This document shows positions 28,445 through 36,608 of a stretch of DNA of 64,000 bases, piece by piece. The first letter of the stretch is position 1. Every line of letters begins with the position of its first letter. Origin of the DNA: a virus (taxonomy: Duplodnaviria > Caudoviricetes); the IMG/VR virus record IMGVR_UViG_3300010356_003652, positions 608-64,607 of that record, one strand, 5' to 3'. The notes under the pieces are model-generated. The model searched no databases. It was not told the DNA's origin and worked only from the letters and a program-made list of their open reading frames with translations. The position numbers were made by a program, and so were the translations under genes.

Positions 28445-29020
28445 ATGGCAACAGTACCTCTAGAAAAGTTTAACCTAAATCGATTTTGGGAAAAAACACC
28501 TACTGCTCTTAAGTACGTCCTCATATTTGCTATATTTCTTATTACTGCTTATTTTCTATTCTCAAAAAGAATGGATGATAATCACTTAAGGGAAATAGAA
28601 CAAATGAAAGTCGGGATAACTGCTACTTATGAGCTTATTGACAATTTTGAAGAATTTAGGAGAGAGCAAGACAGCTATAACAAAGAAGTGTTAGAGTATC
28701 TTAATAATTTGCATGCATTGGTAGAAGATCTTAATGCAACGACAAATCGAAAGCTAGATATGATTCTCTCCGCTGGCGGACAAAATTCTCAAGATATAAT
28801 AGACAAGATACTCTTACTTAATGAATCATTTGAAAGACTCTCAAAAGCTTATCAGTCTAATATAGAAAATCCTAATCTAGATGATAATAAAGTTAAAAGA
28901 AATTATCAATTCGATCCTCAGATAGTACCGATAGATGAAAATGGTAAAGAGCTAAAAGATCCTCAGAAAGACCCATCAATACAAGTCAGAAAAATAGACT
29001 CGTCATCCATCAAAAAATAA
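28445..29020 (+). CDS. single-TM coiled-coil membrane protein
   Basis: YVLIFAIFLITAYFLF followed by heptad-rich helix. Confidence 0.65.
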   Translation: MATVPLEKFNLNRFWEKTPTALKYVLIFAIFLITAYFLFSKRMDDNHLREIEQMKVGITATYELIDNFEEFRREQDSYNKEVLEYLNNLHALVEDLNATTNRKLDMILSAGGQNSQDIIDKILLLNESFERLSKAYQSNIENPNLDDNKVKRNYQFDPQIVPIDENGKELKDPQKDPSIQVRKIDSSSIKK

Positions 29021-29028
29021 TTATATCT

Positions 29029-29307
29029 ATGGATAGAAAAAAATGGAAATCTCCTCAAGCATTGATTGTGATGGCTTTAATCTTTCTTATATTCCTCTAT
29101 ATTGGGATAGACATGGGAAAAGTTAAGCCTGAAATCAAACGAGATTTAAAAGAAGTTAAAAAAGAATATACCGAACTCTCTGGATTTTTAGATAGAAAAA
29201 TACCAGAGATCGATTCTATATTAAGGATTCAAGCAACACAGATATCAAGGCAGGGAGAAGATATCGATTCATTAAATTCGAAAGTTAATTCTATAACTTC
29301 TCGATAA
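29029..29307 (+). CDS. small single-TM coiled-coil protein
   Basis: ALIVMALIFLIFLYIGI then coiled coil. Confidence 0.65.
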   Translation: MDRKKWKSPQALIVMALIFLIFLYIGIDMGKVKPEIKRDLKEVKKEYTELSGFLDRKIPEIDSILRIQATQISRQGEDIDSLNSKVNSITSR

Positions 29308-29406
29308 GTGTTCAAATTTTTGACTTTTGTCCCTGGGCGAGCAGTTCTTAAAACTTGCTATGCCTTTTTTTGTATAAATAAGAACCACAATTATAATTAG
29401 AGAAGT

Positions 29407-29757
29407 ATGGCGAATCATCATGTAAAGAATAAAGACTTAAGGGAAGCCCTTATAGTATCCAAAGCTCAAGACGAGTTAACGAAAGAAACATTAGATATGT
29501 TTATACTAATGGCAGAAAAATTTTCTACAAAATTTAAATATATCTATCCGGAAGATAAAGAAGACTGTATTTCTTTTGCTATTATGGATTGCTATCTCTA
29601 TTGGAGAGGATATGATCCAGAAAAATCCCAAAATGCTTTTGCATATATTACTCAGATAATTAAAAATGGATTTGCTAAAGGATGGAGAAAGCTTTATGGT
29701 AATATGCCTAAAAGTAAAAAAATATCTGTTAGCCAGAATAATATCTATAGTCTCTAA
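29407..29757 (+). CDS. gp55: late transcription sigma factor (T4 gp55-like)
   Basis: HVKNKDLREAL, MFILMAEKFS, YDPEKSQNAFAYITQIIKNGF match gp55 YVNNKELLQAI...[21 protein letters not shown]. Confidence 0.85.
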   Translation: MANHHVKNKDLREALIVSKAQDELTKETLDMFILMAEKFSTKFKYIYPEDKEDCISFAIMDCYLYWRGYDPEKSQNAFAYITQIIKNGFAKGWRKLYGNMPKSKKISVSQNNIYSL

Positions 29758-30407
29758 TGTGCCCAAACGAAGCATATAAGCGTTGGCATAAGCCAAAACC
29801 TATGCATGTTCTTTATAACGAAGATGGATCCCTCAAGAAAGGAAAAACCCATGAGGGATTTTATACTGTGAGAAATAAAGAAAAATATGTTGGCGATCCA
29901 TCTCTAGTCATTTATAGAAGTGCTTGGGAATTCTCTTTTTGTAAATGGTGCGATTATTCTGAATCCGTTGTTAAATGGTCATCAGAACCTGTAAAAGTTC
30001 CATATTATGACAGGATTTCTAAATTAAAGGAGTGTCAAAAATTAGGGCTAGATCCTAATAATCCAAAAAACTGGACTGTTAAATACTATAATACTGATTT
30101 CTGGATTCAGGTTAAAAAGGCCGATGGAATATCCGAAAAATGGTATATTGAGATCAAGCCAAAGAGCAAATTGATTAAACCACAGCCAGTTCCGCCTGAT
30201 TCACCACTTCGAGTTCAGAAGAAGTTTAATAAGGAGGCTAAAGAATATGTTATAAACGAGGCTAAGTTTGCTGCAATGCATGAATTTGCAACCAGAAACG
30301 GAGCTAAATTTTATGTGTTTACTGAAGATCAATTATCCAAGTTCGGAATAATTGGGGGGAGGTTCGATTTTATAGTTGATCATAAAATGAATTTTGATTC
30401 TAAATGA
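29757..30407 (+). CDS. gp4: head completion nuclease (T4 gp4 / TnsA-like)
   Basis: YRSAWE..FCKWCD, KWSSEPVKVPY, YNTDFW, IEIKP, NEAKF. Confidence 0.85.
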   Translation: MCPNEAYKRWHKPKPMHVLYNEDGSLKKGKTHEGFYTVRNKEKYVGDPSLVIYRSAWEFSFCKWCDYSESVVKWSSEPVKVPYYDRISKLKECQKLGLDPNNPKNWTVKYYNTDFWIQVKKADGISEKWYIEIKPKSKLIKPQPVPPDSPLRVQKKFNKEAKEYVINEAKFAAMHEFATRNGAKFYVFTEDQLSKFGIIGGRFDFIVDHKMNFDSK

Positions 30408-31084
30408 GATCGCCAATAGAAGAATATAGATTCCTCCAGAGAGTTGATGGAGTTGAGGATACCGCATATTTCACGCTATTCGAGAAGTATATGAAATATG
30501 ATATGAGGGGATATGAGAAAAAATTCGAAATCGAAGATACGGATCAGGAGAGCATAATCAGAAGTAAAAATGGAGGATATCCCATTCCGGGGATAATCTA
30601 TACATTCCTATATAAAGGAGGCCCTTTTTCTATTCCGAATCCACCAAGAAAGCCAAGTGAATATACAGACCTTGTTCCGTTGGTTTTTTGTATGGGAATA
30701 GAACGTGATTCATTCTCCGGAATTAATATGAATTTACTTCCCCGACCGGTTAGACTCAACTTTTTGCAGAGTTTTTATGAATCCTTTGAAGATTTTTTGA
30801 GCCGGGAAGTTGAGGTATTAGCTCAGAATGATAAATTAGCAATGAATAAGAGATTTCTAGCCTATATTAAATCCGGAAAAGCTCAAGAAATGATTAAATT
30901 ATTCAGTATTAAAAACGGAGCTAATTTTAATTTCGGATATAGAAAATACTTAATCGAAAAGGTAAATAATTTAAGAATGGTAGAATATCCAGAATGGAAA
31001 TATATTCCTTTCTATGAGCCAAAGGATGCATTTAGGAAACTTAACCTAAATCAGATCTATAAATTATACGATAAGTCAAAATAG
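30404..31084 (+). CDS. gp2: DNA end protector (T4 gp2-like)
   Basis: YTDLVPLVF...FSGINMNLLP resembles gp2 YYDxFPL...GLNLHYL; position next to gp4. Confidence 0.65.
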   Translation: MRSPIEEYRFLQRVDGVEDTAYFTLFEKYMKYDMRGYEKKFEIEDTDQESIIRSKNGGYPIPGIIYTFLYKGGPFSIPNPPRKPSEYTDLVPLVFCMGIERDSFSGINMNLLPRPVRLNFLQSFYESFEDFLSREVEVLAQNDKLAMNKRFLAYIKSGKAQEMIKLFSIKNGANFNFGYRKYLIEKVNNLRMVEYPEWKYIPFYEPKDAFRKLNLNQIYKLYDKSK

Positions 31085-31092
31085 GATATATA
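31085..31092 (+). promoter_or_regulatory. T4-like late promoter GATA(A/T)ATA (representative copy, upstream of portal)
   Basis: Same motif at + 625, 9011, 10928, 19837, 35308, 35772, 57925, 62244 and - 14496, 44783, 56574, shortly upstream of start codons; T4 late consensus is TATAAATA. Confidence 0.65.
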
Positions 31093-31108
31093 AATAAAAT
31101 AATAATTC

Positions 31109-32923
31109 ATGGCAGGATTCACATTAAGGAGCCTCGATAGAAAAAGCATGGGATGGGTTGGAAATATTCAGAGGAATATTCGATACCTAGCATCCCTTGG
31201 AATGAAATGGGAGGATAAAGTTATAAAGCAATCAAAATCTATTGGTATTGCTGAAGCTCAGCTAGATTCCATGTATGGCCTATATTATCAGGGCAACTAT
31301 ATGGGCACTGACTATGGTCAAAAGGAATTTATTGCTTTTTATGATAAGGAATACCCTACACGTAGGGACTTTTTGCGTAAATTTGCAATGAATGGCGAGG
31401 TCGAACATGTTCTTGAAGTAATTGCCGACGAATCTATAATCTATGATACTAATAACTATTTTGCATATCCGGATACTAAAAATCTTAAAAACGTTCTAAA
31501 ACAGGATAAAGCAAAGGAAATCGTTGATGATTTAAACGAAGCTTTCAAGAAAGTCTATTTTGCTTTTGGCTTTAATCAGGGACACGATGCTTGGCATTAT
31601 TACAAGAAATTTCTTATTGACGGATTCTTAGCCTTTGAAATAATCTATGATGGCGAAGGAGAAGAAGATGCTAAAAATATTATAGCTCTCAAAGAAGTAG
31701 ATCCTGTTTCACTAGAACCCGAAGTTCGTATTGGTGTTGATGGTAATGAATATAGAGTATGGATCCAATATAGAGGCGATACTATGAAACAAAGGGAGCT
31801 TCTGGATTCAAACCTTATTTACATATCTTGGGCAAGAGGAAATTTCATTTCAAGATTATCATATGTTGAAAGACTAGTTCGCTCCTTCAATATGCTAAGA
31901 ACCCTTGAAAATTCACGTATCATTTGGAATGTATGGAACTCTCAGATGAGGGTAAAAATTCTAGTTCCAATTGGATCTCAGTCTGAAGCTAAAGCAAGAA
32001 CAAGACTCTCTGAATTAAGAGGTATGTATAAAGAAGAACTTAATATTGATGATCAGAGTGGAGAGGTTACTTATAATGGATCCCCCCAGTTTAACTTTGC
32101 TAAGACCTTTATTATTCCAACTAAATCTGGGGAGACCACAGAAATTGGAGGATTCCAGCCAGAAGGATATGATCTATCAAATGTAGAAGCTCTTAAATAT
32201 TTCTGGCTTAGATTTATTATAGAGACTAAAGTTCCTCAGAGTAGATTCTCTCAGCAATTAACTGGAGAGGGAGGGGATAATCCTTGGGGAGCTGGAGTCG
32301 AATCTGCAAGTAGAGATGAAATTAGATTTTCTTATTTTATCAATAGAGTTCGCTCGATGTTCCAGGAGGTATTACTTAAACCTCTTTGGATTCAGTTTAT
32401 TCTTAAACATCCTGAATTTGAAAAGGATAAATCTCTTAAATCCGCTATAGGTCTTAATTTTAATGAGGAGAACCTATTTAAACTTATGAAATTAAGGGAG
32501 ATTGCGGATAAGGGTGCTACCCTAGTTAGTAATTTGATGGGTATCAACGAGCCAACAATTAATCCTGATGGAACTCCAGGTGAAACTCCATATTTCGATC
32601 CAAAATTCTTAGTTGGAAAATATATGAGTTTCACTGATGAAGATATGAAGCTAAATGCTAAATTCAAGAAGGAAAGACAAGATGAAATTAAGAGATTAGC
32701 TCAAGCCTATGCTCGATTAGCAGCTTCTAAAGGAACTGCTGCCGGTGGAGAAGCAGGAGGCGGAGAGTTTGGAGCAGGTGGTGGAGAATTCGGCGGCGGC
32801 GCTGGTGGATTTGATCTTGGAGGAGGCGGTGGTCTCGATCTAGGAGGCGGAGCAGAATCTGGAGGAGAAGAATTAGGAGGTGGCGGTGAAGAAGCCGGCG
32901 GAGGTGAAGAATTAGGATTATAA
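31109..32923 (+). CDS. gp20: portal protein (T4 gp20-like) with a Gly/Glu-rich tail
   Basis: EVEHVLEVIADESI, IDGFLAF, SYVERLVRSFNMLRTLENSRIIW, LKYF...KVPQSRF, RDEIRFSYFI. Confidence 0.88.
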   Translation: MAGFTLRSLDRKSMGWVGNIQRNIRYLASLGMKWEDKVIKQSKSIGIAEAQLDSMYGLYYQGNYMGTDYGQKEFIAFYDKEYPTRRDFLRKFAMNGEVEHVLEVIADESIIYDTNNYFAYPDTKNLKNVLKQDKAKEIVDDLNEAFKKVYFAFGFNQGHDAWHYYKKFLIDGFLAFEIIYDGEGEEDAKNIIALKEVDPVSLEPEVRIGVDGNEYRVWIQYRGDTMKQRELLDSNLIYISWARGNFISRLSYVERLVRSFNMLRTLENSRIIWNVWNSQMRVKILVPIGSQSEAKARTRLSELRGMYKEELNIDDQSGEVTYNGSPQFNFAKTFIIPTKSGETTEIGGFQPEGYDLSNVEALKYFWLRFIIETKVPQSRFSQQLTGEGGDNPWGAGVESASRDEIRFSYFINRVRSMFQEVLLKPLWIQFILKHPEFEKDKSLKSAIGLNFNEENLFKLMKLREIADKGATLVSNLMGINEPTINPDGTPGETPYFDPKFLVGKYMSFTDEDMKLNAKFKKERQDEIKRLAQAYARLAASKGTAAGGEAGGGEFGAGGGEFGGGAGGFDLGGGGGLDLGGGAESGGEELGGGGEEAGGGEELGL

Positions 32924-32942
32924 ACTAAAATAAATCGATACT

Positions 32943-33101
32943 ATGAAAATCGTAAAATTTTTTAAAAGCCCATGGTGGGACTTAGCGCCTGTTCCTGCAT
33001 TTGCAATTATTGCAATGGCAGAAGGAACTGGTTACTGGATCGGAGGAATTATGACTGTTGTCTGGCTATTTTCGATGGCTATTCGTCATTTTACAAAATA
33101 A
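32943..33101 (+). CDS. small membrane protein (52 aa), below the ORF-track cutoff
   Basis: Translated by hand: MKIVKFFKSPWWDLAPVPAFAIIAMAEGTGYWIGGIMTVVWLFSMAIRHFTK; fills the portal-to-33112 gap. Confidence 0.6.
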   Translation: MKIVKFFKSPWWDLAPVPAFAIIAMAEGTGYWIGGIMTVVWLFSMAIRHFTK

Positions 33102-33111
33102 TAAAAAATGA

Positions 33112-34437
33112 ATGCGAGCTCTTCTTGTTGAGGAAGTAATTAATTTCAAGAGAGGCGAGAACCCGCTTAGCTCAATGGGGCTTGGTGGGTTTTCCTTTGA
33201 AACACTTCAGCCTGGAGCTATTATTCAGTCTAAAAGATATTTTGGAGTTACAGAAAAAACCGGAAATATAACAGGATACCATTCAGGAAAAATTAAGATA
33301 GGAAATGGAAATTATTTATTAATTACAGAAGCTCGAAAAACTAATAATCCCGAAACAAAGAATCTCTATTTTCATCGGTATATTGATTTAGAAACTGCTA
33401 AAAAGGAAAAGGAAAAATTAAAAGAAGGAGGAACGAGAGCTCTTTCCTGGTGGGGAATTCCAAGAGGATTCTTTTCCTCCATGACCAAATCAAAATTCAA
33501 TTATAGATTTGATATCATAGAACCAGGATTTGGTATTGAAGAATCGATAAATTTCCAAAGGGGGCTAGATCCAAAAAAAGTTCTGGGCTTGGGAAGGCCA
33601 TTCGGATTTACTAAAGATCTTTTAGATTTATCCCATAACGATGGAAAAAATATTCTATTTGTACGACCGGATTTTGTAGAAAAATTAAAAGCAGAAGGGA
33701 TTTATCAATATGATACAAAAAGACTCTATTTTGGAAATGATCTCATAGGAAGATGGGGATACAGAAAAAAAGATTATCAAAATCATGATGGGACTTTCAA
33801 AGGGCCATATTCCTGCAATTTCAGATTATTTAATAGAGGAGGGGACCTGTATATGCTGCAAGGATCTTCCGGCGATTATGGATTTGGGGGAATGCAAAGA
33901 ACGCAAAGCGAAACTATAGGACCAACTTTTAGAAAATCCCTATATGAGCAAGTATATAATTATCTAATGAATAAGTGGGTCGAAACTACGAATGAAAGCC
34001 TCAATTTCCAGAGAGGGCTGGATCCTAAAGCTTCTATAGGTATAGGAGGATATTCCTTTGACACATTAAGAAATGGTACTATAATAAAATGTATTAAACC
34101 TTTTGGAACATCAAAAGGAGGAGTTATACGAGCATATCAAGGATCTGCTAAAAGAATTCCCCTAGAAACATATTTAGTAATATTTAATATAAGGAAATTA
34201 GATTCATATTATATCTCATTTGGATATATAAATGTTGGGGGAGTTGGATGGTATCACAAAGGGGAGGAAAGAGCTAGAAAAGATCTAGAATATTTTGATA
34301 GGGCAAAAGGAATTCAAAAATTATATCTCGAAGGAGATCCATATATAGAATCCTCTAGAAAATATTCAGGGGGATTAATAGCTAAGATAGGGCGAGAAAA
34401 ATTTAATAATCTCTTTAAAATAATAGAAACACCATAA
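33112..34437 (+). CDS. three-unit protein; each unit begins with the F-x-R-G-x-(D/N)-P tag
   Basis: INFKRGENPLSSMGLG, ESINFQRGLDPKKVLGLG, NESLNFQRGLDPKASIGIG. Confidence 0.75.
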   Translation: MRALLVEEVINFKRGENPLSSMGLGGFSFETLQPGAIIQSKRYFGVTEKTGNITGYHSGKIKIGNGNYLLITEARKTNNPETKNLYFHRYIDLETAKKEKEKLKEGGTRALSWWGIPRGFFSSMTKSKFNYRFDIIEPGFGIEESINFQRGLDPKKVLGLGRPFGFTKDLLDLSHNDGKNILFVRPDFVEKLKAEGIYQYDTKRLYFGNDLIGRWGYRKKDYQNHDGTFKGPYSCNFRLFNRGGDLYMLQGSSGDYGFGGMQRTQSETIGPTFRKSLYEQVYNYLMNKWVETTNESLNFQRGLDPKASIGIGGYSFDTLRNGTIIKCIKPFGTSKGGVIRAYQGSAKRIPLETYLVIFNIRKLDSYYISFGYINVGGVGWYHKGEERARKDLEYFDRAKGIQKLYLEGDPYIESSRKYSGGLIAKIGREKFNNLFKIIETP

Positions 34438-34883
34438 TGAGAGCTCGATTAGTAGAGGCAAATTTCGAAAGAGGAGATATGGATCCTAAAACCCGAATAG
34501 GCATAGGATTGGGGCCTGCTCAGCATATAAAGAAATTTGAAGAGATTATGGATGAGTTTAATTTTGAATATGAAAGAGAGGATCCTACAGAATCATATGA
34601 GACATATACGTGGGTATTAAATGATGCGGATTTCGGCCCTCTGGTAGATAAAACCATTTTTCTTCACCCAGTTCCAAATAGAGAAGGAAAGATAGGGTGG
34701 TTTTTTAGACCGCTAAGTCACAAATATTATGATGACCCATATCCTATAATAGAATTCATAGTTCAATCAGTTTTATATGATATGAGTAATGAGCTGGATT
34801 CTATTAAAAAGAGTATTCAATATTACGAGGAAAGAATAGTAGAGATAAAAGGTGATGCAAAAAGGTTAAAAATTAACATTTAA
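34437..34883 (+). CDS. hypothetical tag-bearing protein
   Basis: MRARLVEANFERGDMDPKTRIGIG. Confidence 0.7.
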   Translation: MRARLVEANFERGDMDPKTRIGIGLGPAQHIKKFEEIMDEFNFEYEREDPTESYETYTWVLNDADFGPLVDKTIFLHPVPNREGKIGWFFRPLSHKYYDDPYPIIEFIVQSVLYDMSNELDSIKKSIQYYEERIVEIKGDAKRLKINI

Positions 34884-34935
34884 TTAACTTTTTTATCGTA
34901 GATTTTACAATAAATATATTATATTTAAGATACTT

Positions 34936-35006
34936 AAGTTCACGTTCTTTGGAACTAGCTGCGAGAGACGGCTGTTTGGACGCGGGTTCGAATCCCGCCA
35001 CCTCCA
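34936..35006 (+). ncRNA. ssrA: tmRNA acceptor piece (permuted two-piece ssrA); 5' boundary approximate
   Basis: GGAC-GCGGG-TTCGAAT-CCCGC-CACCTCC-A: tmRNA-type T-arm and acceptor 3' strand; upstream bases pair with the coding piece. Confidence 0.85.
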
Positions 35007-35147
35007 CATCGCCAGGTTTCCTGCTTCCCTTTAAAAAGCAGGTGGTGGAAAGTTGATTATTTTTAATCAGCCCCAATGTGAGTACTCTACCTTGGGTAGG
35101 GATCCTCTCAAGGCCTTTCTGGTTGGGCCCGTTAATCAACCAGATAC

Positions 35148-35265
35148 GGGGGTGACTTTGGCTTTGACAGCAGTGCGGAAGTAGTAAGCGAACGAACTTG
35201 AGAGCGTTATAAACGGCGCATTTAAAAGTGAACTAAGGGTTGCTGCCTAAGAGGCACCTTCCTTT
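35148..35265 (+). ncRNA. ssrA: tmRNA coding piece (5' acceptor strand plus tag reading frame); 3' boundary approximate
   Basis: GGGGGTG pairs with CACCTCC including G3:U70; GACAGC helix 2; ATAAAC resume context then GGC GCA TTT AAA AGT GAA CTA AGG GTT GCT GCC TAA at 35215-35250. Confidence 0.85.
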
Positions 35266-35274
35266 ACGAGATTG

Positions 35275-35304
35275 GGCATCCTGCGAAAGTGGATGCCTTT
35301 TTTT
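35275..35304 (+). terminator. intrinsic terminator of the ssrA locus
   Basis: GGCATCC-N9-GGATGCC followed by T7. Confidence 0.85.
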
Positions 35305-35332
35305 GTGGATATATAAAGAAAAATATATCTGC

Positions 35333-35785
35333 ATGGATTTCAGAAGGGGGCAAGATCCCGTTAAGAGCTTGGGCTTAGGTTATGGAAATAAGATGAACAC
35401 CAAAGCCTGGAAAATTCTTCAATTTATAGGTAGTAAGGGGGAAGAAGGAGCAGGCCTTACAGATATTCAAAGATTTCTTTGGACAGAGCTTCAAGAGAGA
35501 TCATTAAAGGATTTTGAAATGTCATCAAATGATAAATGGGGATATAATTACCCTTCTCTGTATAATAAAACAAGAGCTACCCGCGGATATTATAATACAA
35601 ACCTTTATGGAACTAGGTATAAGCCCGGATTATTACGTAAATATTGCAGGAAAAATGAGAGGGGAAAATGGGTTCTCGAAAGGATGCCCGAGCCTGGTGA
35701 AAATATATATGAAAACGAGGGATTTAAACTTGTCCCGGAATCTCTGAATGAAATGTTAATTAAAAAGAATAGATATATAAAATAA
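35333..35785 (+). CDS. hypothetical tag-bearing protein
   Basis: MDFRRGQDPVKSLGLG; the ORF-track start at 35240 lies inside the tmRNA and terminator; GATATATA at 35308. Confidence 0.7.
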   Translation: MDFRRGQDPVKSLGLGYGNKMNTKAWKILQFIGSKGEEGAGLTDIQRFLWTELQERSLKDFEMSSNDKWGYNYPSLYNKTRATRGYYNTNLYGTRYKPGLLRKYCRKNERGKWVLERMPEPGENIYENEGFKLVPESLNEMLIKKNRYIK

Positions 35786-35798
35786 AATACTGTAGATT

Positions 35799-36287
35799 AT
35801 GAAAGCTGGATATTTTAACATACATGAATACCTTCAAAAACTTCATGAAAACGTTTCTGATGGAAATCTTCCTTCAGGACAGCAAGACGGAATTCTTATT
35901 CCGGATGAAAACAAGAAATCATTCTCTTGGTTAAAGAAGGAATTTGACAAAAGCAGAGTAGAGGTTAAGGTTGAAATTAATATGGGCGGAAGTAAATTTT
36001 CGCCGGGATATGAGCTTCAGACAAATCTTAAATCAGTAAAAGATTTCAAACCGGGTATGTTTGGTGATGTGAAAACTTCTGACACTCCAGGCGCTAAAAA
36101 AGAAGAAAAAGACACTGCTCAGACTCAGGCTGAAGTAGAAAAAAAGAAACCAGAATTAGAAAAGACAGCTGAAAAATCTACAGGTGGCGAAAAACAGCCA
36201 AAACCAGCTATCTCAGCTAAGGTCAAAACAGCAGAAGAAGAGGAGAAAAAACCCAAGAAAGAGGAAAAAGAAGATGATAAAACATAA
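35799..36287 (+). CDS. hypothetical protein with a Lys/Glu-rich C-terminus
   Basis: ORF after GATATATA at 35772. Confidence 0.65.
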   Translation: MKAGYFNIHEYLQKLHENVSDGNLPSGQQDGILIPDENKKSFSWLKKEFDKSRVEVKVEINMGGSKFSPGYELQTNLKSVKDFKPGMFGDVKTSDTPGAKKEEKDTAQTQAEVEKKKPELEKTAEKSTGGEKQPKPAISAKVKTAEEEEKKPKKEEKEDDKT

Positions 36288-36582
36288 TGCACTAGAAGAT
36301 CGATTAAATGCAGTAAGAACTGGTAAACCAATTCCGGAAGAACCTGCTCATTTTGATATAAAGCCAAATATTCAATCATCAAATACACCAAAAGTCTTGA
36401 CCTATCAGCAATTCTTCATTTCAGAAGGATATAAATTATTTAATGTCTTAGCAACATCTGTTCTGTATGGATATGGACTAAGAACTATATTCTCTCAGGA
36501 CTGGGCTTTCATAGGAACCTTAGGTGTTGGATTTTTACTTAATCATTTCTTAACAATAATCTTAAAACTTTTGAAAAAGTAA
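36274..36582 (+). CDS. membrane protein (2 TM)
   Basis: ATG at 36274 (MIKHNALE) overlaps the previous stop region; hydrophobic C-terminal helices. Confidence 0.65.
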   Translation: MIKHNALEDRLNAVRTGKPIPEEPAHFDIKPNIQSSNTPKVLTYQQFFISEGYKLFNVLATSVLYGYGLRTIFSQDWAFIGTLGVGFLLNHFLTIILKLLKK

Positions 36583-36608
36583 GATCTATAATTCTTAAAA
36601 AGATTTAT

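Noticed and set aside
34980-35010. Reading the tmRNA 3' segment as an att-site duplication or an ordinary tRNA
   Set aside because: No D-arm or anticodon arm precedes it, it pairs extensively with the downstream 5' piece, and no integrase is nearby.
34873-35139. 88-aa minus-strand ORF
   Set aside because: It is the antisense shadow of the tmRNA acceptor piece; DVEVAGFEPAS is the typical reverse translation of a T-arm.
35240-35332. N-terminal extension of the ORF-track 35240-35785 protein
   Set aside because: Overlaps the tmRNA tag, terminator and late box; the ATG at 35333 starts exactly at the conserved tag.
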